DNA of 64,000 bases, taken from assembly GCA_016206805.1 (NCBI GenBank), contig JACQQX010000054.1, forward strand, positions 3,743-67,742, in the 5' to 3' direction. Under the pieces are notes generated by a model. It did not search any database and was not told where the DNA came from. It saw only the letters and a list, made by a program, of their open reading frames with translations. Positions 11,295 to 20,288 of the stretch are shown piece by piece. The position numbers and the translations under genes were made by a program. Source of the DNA: Candidatus Omnitrophota bacterium (GTDB taxonomy: Bacteria > Omnitrophota > Gorgyraeia > 2-02-FULL-51-18). Every line of letters starts with the position of its first letter. Positions within the stretch are counted from its first letter, which is position 1.

Positions 11295-12307
11295 TTCACC
11301 GGCCTATTCAATAACTCCCTTGCGGCCCGCATCGCTTCTTCGGGCTTGATCCAGTCCATGCACACCCGATAATTGCAGGAGCGAAAATAGCAGGGAATTT
11401 CACAGCCTACGTCTTTTCTTAAAACAACAATAGGCCCGTTTCCAACCGGGCCGGTTTCCTCGTGGGAGGTTGGTCCGTACAAACCCACAATCGGTGTGGA
11501 CTGACTGGCCGCCAGATGAATGGGGCCTGAGTCGTTGGAAAGAATGAGTTTTACTTTTTTAAGGAGCGCTCCCAGCGTGTCCAAAGACGTTTCGCCGCAT
11601 AGTGACACGACGCGCGGATTCTCAAAATGAGAAACGATCGAGTCCACAAGCTTCGTCTCCCCTTTTGTGCCGCAGAGAATCACAGGACCCGGAAACTCCT
11701 GGAGAAATGATTCAATCCACTTTTTGAAATACTCCACCGGCCAGCGCTTGAGATCCCAATTCCCGCCCGCGTGCACAACAACGGCATTCTCCATACTCAT
11801 GACGCCATGTTCTGTCAGAAGTCCGGTCAGCTCATCAAAAGCCGCTGGGGCCGGATAAAAATCAAGCGCTCGGCCATCAGCCGGAATACCCAGCGCTTCC
11901 ACTAAATGCAGAAAATAATCAACCTTGTGCAACCGTTGCCGTGGAACCGGAACGGCCGTCGTCAACCACCTCGACGACACCGAATAACCGGCCCGATCGG
12001 GGATCCCGGCAAAGGCCGCCCACAATACTTTTGTTTTGGAACGGTGAAAAAAAATAGCTTTATCAAAATGCCTGGCTTTCAAAAGACCGATGAGCTTGAG
12101 CGATCCCCATGAAATAAAAGGGGCGCGATCATCATAAGGAAGGATTTCATCCAGATGCGGATTGTGACGCAAAACCGGCATCACGCGCTCCGGCGCCAGA
12201 CAAGCGATGTGCGCTTTGGGATGGGCTTTACGGATCGCGCGGATGGTCGGAGTCGAACAAAGGACATCCCCAACCCAGTTTTGGTTGACGATAAGAATCC
12301 GTGTCAT
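11291..12307 (-). CDS. GT9 glycosyltransferase (ADP-heptose:LPS heptosyltransferase-like)
   Basis: 338 aa. RILIVNQNWVGDVLCSTPTIRAIRK and SNDSGPIHLAA motifs. Confidence 0.85.
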   Translation of the reverse strand: MTRILIVNQNWVGDVLCSTPTIRAIRKAHPKAHIACLAPERVMPVLRHNPHLDEILPYDDRAPFISWGSLKLIGLLKARHFDKAIFFHRSKTKVLWAAFAGIPDRAGYSVSSRWLTTAVPVPRQRLHKVDYFLHLVEALGIPADGRALDFYPAPAAFDELTGLLTEHGVMSMENAVVVHAGGNWDLKRWPVEYFKKWIESFLQEFPGPVILCGTKGETKLVDSIVSHFENPRVVSLCGETSLDTLGALLKKVKLILSNDSGPIHLAASQSTPIVGLYGPTSHEETGPVGNGPIVVLRKDVGCEIPCYFRSCNYRVCMDWIKPEEAMRAARELLNRPVK

Positions 12308-13074
12308 GCGGTAGAGATTGGGTGGCGTTTTTTACCCAAATGATAAAGGCCTGTGGTTTTGGCCCAAAAACGGAAGAGATTGCCATCCCGGTCAGAAACT
12401 TTGATGCGATGCAGCGCGTAAAGATGATGACGCGTCTTGCCGTGATTGGTGGTGACCGCTCCCGCATAACCCGCTTTTTGAGCCACCTCCATCGCCTTTT
12501 GCGTCACGCCTCCCGCCGGATAACTCAAAAGCGTTATGGGATGTCCTAAAACGTCTTCCAGCCTCTTTTTGGAATCCATCATTTCTACGGCCGCTTGGGC
12601 CTCACTCACCTTCGGAAGAAAAGCGTGCGTCACCGTATGGCTTCCCACTTCCATGCCCGAATCATCCAATATTTTTAAATCTTCCTCGGAAAGCCATTGG
12701 TCTTTATTGATATTTTCGGTGATCATAAAAAACGCGGCCGGAAAACCCATTTTCTTCAGCACCGGAAAAGCGTTGGTAAAATTATCCAGATTGCCGTCAT
12801 CAAACGTGATGGCCACGGTTTTAGGATCTATCCGCTTGCCGGAACGCAAGCGCTCCACAATGTTCTCGACTCGCGTCACGCGATACCCATGGGTTTTTAA
12901 AAATTCCATTTGGCGGCGAAAATTTTCAGGCCTCACATTCAGCGAGGAAACCAGCGGCGCGTCGCTCACCTGGTGATACATCAAAATGGGGACTTCGTAA
13001 TTGGCCCGAAAAAAAAGATAAAACGCGGCCAATACCGCCGCCAGGACGAGAAATCTTTTTTTGATCCCCTTCAT
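12304..13074 (-). CDS. polysaccharide deacetylase (NodB homology domain), membrane-anchored
   Basis: 256 aa. N-terminal TM segment, ILMYHQV and TFDDGNLDNFTNAFPVLKKMGFPAAFF motifs. Confidence 0.85.
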   Translation of the reverse strand: MKGIKKRFLVLAAVLAAFYLFFRANYEVPILMYHQVSDAPLVSSLNVRPENFRRQMEFLKTHGYRVTRVENIVERLRSGKRIDPKTVAITFDDGNLDNFTNAFPVLKKMGFPAAFFMITENINKDQWLSEEDLKILDDSGMEVGSHTVTHAFLPKVSEAQAAVEMMDSKKRLEDVLGHPITLLSYPAGGVTQKAMEVAQKAGYAGAVTTNHGKTRHHLYALHRIKVSDRDGNLFRFWAKTTGLYHLGKKRHPISTA

Positions 13075-15158
13075 GCGGGTACCGGTTCTTTCTTCAGAGA
13101 ATGCAGCACCGCGTCCAATATTTCCTGGACTTCAATCCGCTTCATGCACACCAGCCCTATCGGGCAGCTTCTCAGGTAGCAAGGGCTGCACTGCACCTCC
13201 TTCCAAAAAACCTGGTAGCGTGAGGGCGGCACAAGATGCCGCCGCGGGTCTGTGGGCCCAAAAATTGCAATGAGCGGCACATTTACGCCCGAGGCGATAT
13301 GCATGGGAGCTGAGTCCGAACTGATGAATACCTGGCAACGCCGGACAAGCGAAATAAGCTCGGTAATCGTGGTCTTGCCCACGGCATTGATGGGTTTATT
13401 GCGGGTTTGACGCAATAATTCTTCGGCTAGCGCGGCATCTTCCCGGGAACCCGTGATGACCACACGAATATTGTGTTTGGCCAGTTCGTCGCAGAGTTTG
13501 GCGAAGTTTTCAATCGGCCATTGTTTGGTCGGCCAGCGCGGCGAAGAGCCGGGATTGATCCCTACCAAAGTTTGGCTGGGCGCCACCCATTGCGAGCGCA
13601 TGAAATCGCTGACACTGGCTTCTTCATCCTTTTCCGTCCAAAGCTCAAGCTTCTTGTCCACCGTTTCGATGCCCAAAAGCTTCAACACCATAAACTGGTG
13701 TTCCAGCGGAGGCATGGCGCCGCTGGATCCCCTTGCTCTGCGATTCAAAAGAAAAGACCATTTGCCATTGTCATGTCCGGCGCGCGTCCGGGCCCCGCAA
13801 AGAAAAGCGATCAGATGACTCAAACGATTATTTTGAAGGTCCAATACGATATCAAAATCCTCTTTGGCCAAAAGCATCGCCATTTTGAGCGCCGACCATA
13901 GACGCGGCCCTTCCTCTTCATAGACAATGGCGTCATTCACGTAAGGACAGTTCCGAATGATTTTGCGAGACTTGCGTCCCACCAGCACCGAAATCCACGC
14001 GTCGGGAAAGCGCTCACGAACCGCGCGGATCGATGGAACGCTCAAGATGACATCCCCTAGCGCGCTGAGTTTCACGATGAGAATTCTTTTCTTGGCCGCG
14101 GCTTCTTGATACACTTCGAGTGTTTTTTGAAACATCAGTTCCAGCCCAAACTGGCTTTCGACTTTGCCGCGAAGTGACGCGGCCAATCGCCTGCCCAGCT
14201 CCGGCTCTTTTAAAATCCGCAGCGCCGCATCCGCCAAAAGACGCGGGTCATTGGGCGGCACGAGCAGTCCATCTTTTTCGTTTTCGATGATATCGATCAA
14301 GCCCCCCACGCGAGTCGCGACGACGGGCACGCGGCAAGCTCCCGCCTCGATCGCCACGCGCCCAAAAGCTTCCTCGCCCACCGACGGCACCACCAAAAGC
14401 GACATGCGGGAAATAAGGTCGGGGATGTCATAGCGCGTGCCCAAGAACTCAACGTTGGAAGCAAGCCCCAAGCGCTTGGTCAGCGCCAAAAGCTCTTCTT
14501 TGTACTGCGGCTTGGGCGCGTCTCCGATGATTTGAATTTTAACTTGAGGAAACACGCGCGCCACGCGCGCCATGGCCTTCAAAAAAAGCGGATGTCCCTT
14601 GATCGGCGTCAGGCGGCCCACAAGCCCTATCACCATTTCCTTGGGGGTTTCTGTCGCGGGTTTAAATTCACCCAGATTCACTCCGCGATGAATCAACCGG
14701 ATCTTGGAATGCGGGACACCGAAGTCATCGCGCATGCGCTTACCGATGATGCGGCTGGCGACAATGACAAGCTTCCCCCATCCCATGATACGGCTCATTA
14801 AATGATCGCTGTAAAAACCATGACAAGTGGTGATAAAAGGCACTTGTGCGCGGCGGCTGACCCAATAAGCGATGATGGCCGGCACGCGACTGCGCGCATG
14901 GATCACCTCAATCCCCTCATCTTTGACAATGCGCGTCAAAGCCCGGACCGAAGTGAAAATGGAAAAGGGTGATTTTTTATGCACCGGCAATGCGTAATGA
15001 AGGACGCCGGCTGAAACCAAATCCCCGACCAGCGGGCCGCCGGCTGAAGCCACAAAAGCCTTATGGCCTTTCTGCGCCAAATATTTGGCCAAGTCCACGG
15101 TTCCGCGCTCCACGCCGCCGGATTTGAGCTCTGGAAGAATCTGCAGGATGCGCATCAA
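13071..15158 (-). CDS. GT4-GT9 fusion glycosyltransferase
   Basis: 695 aa. N-terminal GT4 (RILQILPELKSGGVERGTVDL...EAFGRVAIEAGACRVPVVATRVGG). C-terminal GT9 (RILIVKLSALGDVILSVPSIRAVR...SSDSAPMHIA). Confidence 0.85.
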   Translation of the reverse strand: MMRILQILPELKSGGVERGTVDLAKYLAQKGHKAFVASAGGPLVGDLVSAGVLHYALPVHKKSPFSIFTSVRALTRIVKDEGIEVIHARSRVPAIIAYWVSRRAQVPFITTCHGFYSDHLMSRIMGWGKLVIVASRIIGKRMRDDFGVPHSKIRLIHRGVNLGEFKPATETPKEMVIGLVGRLTPIKGHPLFLKAMARVARVFPQVKIQIIGDAPKPQYKEELLALTKRLGLASNVEFLGTRYDIPDLISRMSLLVVPSVGEEAFGRVAIEAGACRVPVVATRVGGLIDIIENEKDGLLVPPNDPRLLADAALRILKEPELGRRLAASLRGKVESQFGLELMFQKTLEVYQEAAAKKRILIVKLSALGDVILSVPSIRAVRERFPDAWISVLVGRKSRKIIRNCPYVNDAIVYEEEGPRLWSALKMAMLLAKEDFDIVLDLQNNRLSHLIAFLCGARTRAGHDNGKWSFLLNRRARGSSGAMPPLEHQFMVLKLLGIETVDKKLELWTEKDEEASVSDFMRSQWVAPSQTLVGINPGSSPRWPTKQWPIENFAKLCDELAKHNIRVVITGSREDAALAEELLRQTRNKPINAVGKTTITELISLVRRCQVFISSDSAPMHIASGVNVPLIAIFGPTDPRRHLVPPSRYQVFWKEVQCSPCYLRSCPIGLVCMKRIEVQEILDAVLHSLKKEPVPA

Positions 15159-17026
15159 CTAATCCTTCGCACGGCTTGTTTTATTGCATCTTCATCTCCT
15201 GAAGGCTGGCGATGCCCATTGCCGGAAGATTCGCTTAAAGCCCGGCTGGCCGCTTGCGGCAGGGTTTCCGGCGTAACGATTGTAATTTTTCCTTGATCCG
15301 ATAAATGACTCAAAAAATCCATGACTTTGGCCTTGGGCGGCGTTCCTGACGGCAGAAACACCAACACCGGCTTTCCCCCCGCAACGGCTTCAGAAACCAT
15401 GGACACCGACTCTCCGGAAACGATAAAAAGATCGGACTGTATCAAAATCGCTTCCATCGTCCCGGCCGGATTGGACTGGTTGGCAATCACTAAAAGCGGG
15501 CAACGTTGGGTATCGGCAAATGTTTTTTTGAGCAAGGCTTCCGCCGCTGCCGGCGTTCTTCGTGAAGAGGTGATCAGTAACAGCGCTTGGGTTTCTTCGC
15601 CGGCCCGGCCGACCGCCTGAGCCAATCCCTCAGTCAAGGCATTGCCCACCAAAAAACCGATGTGTTTTTTGCCCTGGGCTAGCGGCGCGCCTGTGGACTG
15701 GGGCTTTGAAGAAAGCGCCATGGATGTCACAAAAACATTCTCCGCGGCCGTCAAATGGTCATGCAGCGGCACGATCACCGCGTTAAACCGTTTCACGGGG
15801 ACTGACGGCTTATGAATCACCAGCGATTTGGCGCTATTTTCCTTTTTCACAAAAAGATTCACTCCCACCAGCGACGAGCCGCAGGAAATCACCGCGTCCG
15901 CGTAATTGGCGATAATCGACTGATAGGTGCTAGGCTCCAAAACCCATTGATAAAAAACCCCCGGAAACGGAACATGCCCGCGGCAGAGAATACAAAGCGC
16001 TTCCGCTGATCGCCGTAAAAATGGGTTTTTATACCGAACATCGATGATGGTGACGCGCGTGCGTTCATCGGCTATGCCGCACCTGGCGCGCTGCTCGCGG
16101 AAAACCTCCGCGGCGGCCATGGACTGACGATAATGGCCTGCCTTGCCATCGCTCAACACCACGACAAAACGGTCCGGGGAAGATTTCCAGCGCCGATGAG
16201 CCCACAACCACTGACTGGGATAGGCGCGGATTTTTTCTTCAAGACGGTTGGCAAACTTTTGCAAGACGTCGCCTTCCAGCGGCTCCTCGATTTCCAAAAG
16301 ATGGCCTCTGCCCTGACGGGAAACAAAAATAGGAAAGATCAGCGCGTGGGTCCGCTCCGCGAAAACCTCGGCGCCGGTCGGGCTGGACGACAACCTTCCA
16401 AAAAACCGGACAAAGGTTCCGGTTTTTCCGGCGTCCTGGTCTCCCAGGATTCCAATAATCCGCCCGCTTTTAAGCGCGCGCAGGATTTCACGAACCGGCA
16501 TGCCCTTGCCTATCATTTGCGCGCCTTGCGAACTGCGAAGCCCATTGAGAAACGCGTCGGAACGGGGATGTTTTTGCGCGCGCGCCAGCGCCAAAAGCGG
16601 GTAGCCTTTAAGGCCCGCCACCACATTTAAAATCTCCCAATTGCCAAAGTGCGCCGATAAAAAAATGATCCCCCGTCCGCTAGCCAGCGCCCGCTCAAAT
16701 TTTTCAAGACCGGTGATTTTGATCCGTTCTTCCAAGTACCGCTTGTCCATCTCGGGAAAACGGAGCATCTCCACCGCCGTCATCGCCACATGCCCAAAAG
16801 ACTGCCGCGCAATGCGCTTCATTTGGCGCCGGTCGAGCTCTCCCGCAAAAACAGATCGGACGTTTTTCATCGCGATCGGGCGCCTTTTGGACATCAAATA
16901 CACGAGAAAACCGATACCGCGCGCCACCGCCAAAGCCGCAGCAGGCGGAAGAAAACGGAAAATAAACCGCGCCGAACGGGCGGTGTTAAGGATTAAGGCA
17001 TCTTCGAAGGAAATCTTCTTCATCAT
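15155..17026 (-). CDS. LpxL/HtrB-type lipid A late acyltransferase fused to an ELM1/DUF1022-type domain
   Basis: 623 aa. N-terminal lysophospholipid acyltransferase family (AHFGNWE...GILGDQD). C-terminal ELM1-like motifs (LSDGKAGH, VIVPLHD, ITSSRRTP, SGESVSMVSEAVAGGKPV). Confidence 0.8.
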   Translation of the reverse strand: MMKKISFEDALILNTARSARFIFRFLPPAAALAVARGIGFLVYLMSKRRPIAMKNVRSVFAGELDRRQMKRIARQSFGHVAMTAVEMLRFPEMDKRYLEERIKITGLEKFERALASGRGIIFLSAHFGNWEILNVVAGLKGYPLLALARAQKHPRSDAFLNGLRSSQGAQMIGKGMPVREILRALKSGRIIGILGDQDAGKTGTFVRFFGRLSSSPTGAEVFAERTHALIFPIFVSRQGRGHLLEIEEPLEGDVLQKFANRLEEKIRAYPSQWLWAHRRWKSSPDRFVVVLSDGKAGHYRQSMAAAEVFREQRARCGIADERTRVTIIDVRYKNPFLRRSAEALCILCRGHVPFPGVFYQWVLEPSTYQSIIANYADAVISCGSSLVGVNLFVKKENSAKSLVIHKPSVPVKRFNAVIVPLHDHLTAAENVFVTSMALSSKPQSTGAPLAQGKKHIGFLVGNALTEGLAQAVGRAGEETQALLLITSSRRTPAAAEALLKKTFADTQRCPLLVIANQSNPAGTMEAILIQSDLFIVSGESVSMVSEAVAGGKPVLVFLPSGTPPKAKVMDFLSHLSDQGKITIVTPETLPQAASRALSESSGNGHRQPSGDEDAIKQAVRRIS

Positions 17027-17966
17027 GGATCTGAAATTCGATTTGAAGCGTTAAAAGATTGCTGCCGTCAAGTTCCGGCCATGCTCCCTTGGAGATCACG
17101 GGTTCGATTCGAATATAATCCTTTTCCGTTGTCACAACATCGGTCACGGAAAGCCTGCGGCATTCCTGCAAGAAGTTTGTCAAATCTTTGCGGGTATACG
17201 GATGGTGATCATCGAAACGCGCGGCAAACGCGATTTCAATCCCGAGATTTTCAACTGTTTTTTCAAAAGAATAAGGATCGCCGATCGCGCACAATGTCGA
17301 GGCTTTCCTGCCGCGCATCTCTCCCAGCGTTACCGTACGGGAGCGTCGCGCGTCCCAAAAACGCATGGGTTTGTGCGAAGCCTCAAAAATCAGCGCATTG
17401 GGCTTGAGCTCCTGAAGCTTTTGCCGCACTCCCTGCACATTCTTGGCGCCGATATTGCTTTTGGTGAGCACAAAAAGATGGGCGCGTTTCAGATTTTCCA
17501 GCGGCTCGCGCAAAATCCCTGCGGGGATGAGCTTGCCATTGCCAAAAGGCAGCGTCGTGTTGATATTCACAATGTCCAGATCCCGATGAAGCCGACGATG
17601 CTGAAAACCGTCGTCCAGCACCAGAATTTCAGCGCCGTATTTTTGAACGGCCGTTTTGGCCGAACGCACCCGGTCCCGACCGACGATAACGGGAATATTG
17701 GGAAGGCTGCGGCGCAGCTCCTCCACCTCATCCCTGCCGTAACCGCGGATCAATACCGCCACTTTTTTTCCATAATAAGCCAAGTCACGCGCGAGCTTTG
17801 TCACCAGCGGCGTTTTTCCAGTGCCGCCCCAAGTGATATTGCCAACGCTGATCACCTTGGCTTGACTTTTACGAATCCGTCCCGGAAAAAGACGGTAAAG
17901 CGTCTCATCCAACCATAAACCAAAATGGTAAAAAGACGTCAGGGTGGAACTCAAAAATTTTTTCAT
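16986..17966 (-). CDS. lpxK: tetraacyldisaccharide 4'-kinase
   Basis: VISVGNITWGGTGKTPLV P-loop typical of LpxK. I prefer the ATG at 17966 (ATGA overlap with the waaA stop). The ORF track extends to 18038. Confidence 0.88.
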   Translation of the reverse strand: MKKFLSSTLTSFYHFGLWLDETLYRLFPGRIRKSQAKVISVGNITWGGTGKTPLVTKLARDLAYYGKKVAVLIRGYGRDEVEELRRSLPNIPVIVGRDRVRSAKTAVQKYGAEILVLDDGFQHRRLHRDLDIVNINTTLPFGNGKLIPAGILREPLENLKRAHLFVLTKSNIGAKNVQGVRQKLQELKPNALIFEASHKPMRFWDARRSRTVTLGEMRGRKASTLCAIGDPYSFEKTVENLGIEIAFAARFDDHHPYTRKDLTNFLQECRRLSVTDVVTTEKDYIRIEPVISKGAWPELDGSNLLTLQIEFQIHDEEDFLRRCLNP

Positions 17967-19231
17967 AAGCGACCGGCTCCCGTCTCCCTCAGCAGTTCGA
18001 TACTTTTCCGCAAAGCGCCCGAGTGGCGCGACACGCAATCTTTTGCCTTTAAACCCATTGCCTCAGCTTCTCCCGTACGGGTCAGAAGCGCTTCGATCGT
18101 TGATCCCAGATTATCTTGAGTCACTTCCAAAGCGGCGCCGCACCGTTTAAACTCATCCGCCATTTCACGAAAATTACGCATATTCGGCCCAAAAAGAACC
18201 GGTTTAGCGAAAAACGCCGGCTCAACAGGGTTGTGGCCGCCGATGGGCACCAGCGACCCGCCGACAAACACAATCCGGGCGGACGCGTACAAACCGGAAA
18301 GAACGCCCATCTTTCCTAACACCCACACATCCGGCTGGGCGTCATCAACGCTCAAATCGCCGGAGTCCCGCGCGACTTTGACCCGCAATCCTTTTTGCTG
18401 AACCTGGGTCACCACGGCTTCAAGCCGCTCCAAATGACGCGGCGCCAAAAAAAGTTTTAGTAGCGGCTGGCGGCCTTTTAGCGCAACGAACGTTTCCAGT
18501 AGTACGCGCTCTTCCCCTTCATGCGTGCTTCCCGCCATGAAAAGGGTCCATCCGCCGCTTTGGATGGTTTTTTTAAAACCATCCGACCAGTCCTCATTTT
18601 TTTGCGGCGGCTGCCAATCCCATTTGATATTGCCAGTCACCCGCACGCGCGCGGGGTCAGCTCCCAACGCCAGAAAACGCCCGCGCATGGCCTCACTCTG
18701 AACCCCGATCCGGCTGACCGCGCGCAGTACCGGCTTCAAAAACGGCCGAATCAGCCGGTATCGGCTAAAGGCTTTGTCAGAAATTCTACCATTGATAAGA
18801 ACAATGGGGACACTTTTATTCGCACATTCGAAAAAGAGATTGGGCCAAATTTCTGTCTCGAGCACCACCAGCCGCGCCGGGCGGACTTTCAGGATAAATG
18901 ACCGCACGGAAAACCGGAAATCCAATGGAAAATAGAGCGCGACATCGCCAGACCGCTTGAGCCGCTGGGCCACTTCAAAACCAGCGGGGGTAGTGGCCGT
19001 CAACACGCAAGCCCCCGGCAGAACTCGCGCGAACTGCAGCGCCTGCGTGACCTCTCCCACCGACACCGCGTGAATCCAAGTCACCGGCTGGCCCTTTAAC
19101 CGCTCCAGCGTTTCGCCAGACGGAAATCCCAAGCGACACGCAAATCCCTTTTTGTGCCGGCCTCTTAGTATAAAAATGGGTAAATAACAGATGGCGAATA
19201 TAAAAAATAAGATATCGTAAAGTAACCTCAT
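17963..19231 (-). CDS. waaA: 3-deoxy-D-manno-octulosonic acid transferase
   Basis: KdtA/WaaA pattern (WIHAVSVGE, GGSLVPIGGHNPVEPA). I prefer the ATG at 19231 (MRLLYDILFF...). The longer ORF to 19309 reads through repeat R2a. Confidence 0.88.
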   Translation of the reverse strand: MRLLYDILFFIFAICYLPIFILRGRHKKGFACRLGFPSGETLERLKGQPVTWIHAVSVGEVTQALQFARVLPGACVLTATTPAGFEVAQRLKRSGDVALYFPLDFRFSVRSFILKVRPARLVVLETEIWPNLFFECANKSVPIVLINGRISDKAFSRYRLIRPFLKPVLRAVSRIGVQSEAMRGRFLALGADPARVRVTGNIKWDWQPPQKNEDWSDGFKKTIQSGGWTLFMAGSTHEGEERVLLETFVALKGRQPLLKLFLAPRHLERLEAVVTQVQQKGLRVKVARDSGDLSVDDAQPDVWVLGKMGVLSGLYASARIVFVGGSLVPIGGHNPVEPAFFAKPVLFGPNMRNFREMADEFKRCGAALEVTQDNLGSTIEALLTRTGEAEAMGLKAKDCVSRHSGALRKSIELLRETGAGRL

Positions 19232-19258
19232 AGGATCAAATCCGAAACACGGAAAGAT

Positions 19259-19372
19259 AATGCAAAATGTAAAATGAGAAATGTAAAAAATGGTGTCCCT
19301 TCGGGACATTTCATTAGTCTAAGTCGCGGCGGCGACTCCTTATTTTTCATTTTGCATTCTTCATTTTTCATT
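19259..19372 (+). repeat. Family R2 palindromic element, copy a (A-rich AATGnAAA arms plus two GC hairpins)
   Basis: AATGCAAAATGTAAAATGAGAAATGTAAAAAATGG-TGTCCCTTCGGGACA-...-AGTCGCGGCGGCGACT-CCTTATTTTTCATTTTGCATT. Fills the xerC-waaA spacer. Confidence 0.85.
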
Positions 19373-19397
19373 AGCTGATTTCGTGCTTGCCTTTAAT

Positions 19398-20288
19398 TTA
19401 TGCTCTCGGGTGCGCCTTGGCGTAAGCTTCTTTCAATCGAGTTGTCGACACATGCGTGTAAATCTGCGTCGTGGATAAATTCTCATGTCCTAAAAGCTCC
19501 TGCACCGAACGCAAATCAGCGCCGCGGTTTAAAAGATGCGTCGCGAAGGAGTGCCGAAGCGTGTGCGGAGAAACATTCTCGCGCCGGCAGGTTTTCTCAA
19601 TGTATTCATCGACCACTCTCCTGACACTCCGAGTCGTCAGACGCGAACCTCGATTGTGGCGCGAATGATTTAAAAAAAGCGGTTTGGCGTCGGCATCCTT
19701 GCTCTGACGGCGCGCCTCCAAATACCGGCGAATCGCGCGCAGCGCCTGGCCGCCGATCGGGCAGAGCCGCTCTTTTTTTCCCTTGCCCAGCACCCGGCAA
19801 ACCCCGCCGATAAAATCAATCCCGTGAACGTCTAGCCCAACCAATTCCGACACGCGCATCCCGGTAGAATAAATGGTTTCCAATAGCGCGCGATCCCGGC
19901 GGCCGCTCAAATCATCCTCCGGAGACTCCAAAAGCCGCTGAATCTCCCCCTCATCCAGCACCATTGGAAGTTTTTTCTGGAGTTTTGGCGTGGACAACAA
20001 CATCAGCGGATTTTTCTTCACAAAACCCTCCCTCACCAGAAAGCGATAATAAGTGCGGAGGGTCGCCACATGACGGGCGACCGTGCGTTTGGAAAAACCT
20101 TTTTCATTCAAATGCGCCAGATAGCGCCTGAAAAAAACGAGATCCGCTTCCTCCAAAGACACGTTTTCCAGGAAACGCCGGAATCGCCGCAAATCCGAGG
20201 CGTAGCTGGAAAGCGTCAGCGGAGAATAATTCTTCTCGATCTTCAGATAATAGAAAAATTTTTCGAGCGATTTACTCGTCTGATCCAT
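19398..20288 (-). CDS. xerC: tyrosine site-specific recombinase XerC/XerD family
   Basis: Catalytic signature ...HTLRHSFATHLL...LGHENLSTTQIYTHV. I prefer the ATG at 20288 (MDQTSKSLEKFF...). The track ORF to 20432 overlaps the topA 3' end. Confidence 0.88.
   Translation of the reverse strand: MDQTSKSLEKFFYYLKIEKNYSPLTLSSYASDLRRFRRFLENVSLEEADLVFFRRYLAHLNEKGFSKRTVARHVATLRTYYRFLVREGFVKKNPLMLLSTPKLQKKLPMVLDEGEIQRLLESPEDDLSGRRDRALLETIYSTGMRVSELVGLDVHGIDFIGGVCRVLGKGKKERLCPIGGQALRAIRRYLEARRQSKDADAKPLFLNHSRHNRGSRLTTRSVRRVVDEYIEKTCRRENVSPHTLRHSFATHLLNRGADLRSVQELLGHENLSTTQIYTHVSTTRLKEAYAKAHPRA

Noticed and set aside
9351-15158. The Cys4-type motif at the end of every GT9 domain as a novel metal site.
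   Set aside because: My recollection is that a C-terminal Cys-rich segment is a frequent feature of GT9 family members outside Enterobacteria. I therefore use it only as supporting evidence for domain boundaries and do not treat it as a novelty.
17098-17125. A GGTTCGATTCGAAT string resembling a tRNA T-arm.
   Set aside because: It lies inside the lpxK coding sequence. No acceptor or anticodon stems can be drawn around it. I saw no other tRNA-like or rRNA-like sequence in the intergenic regions.
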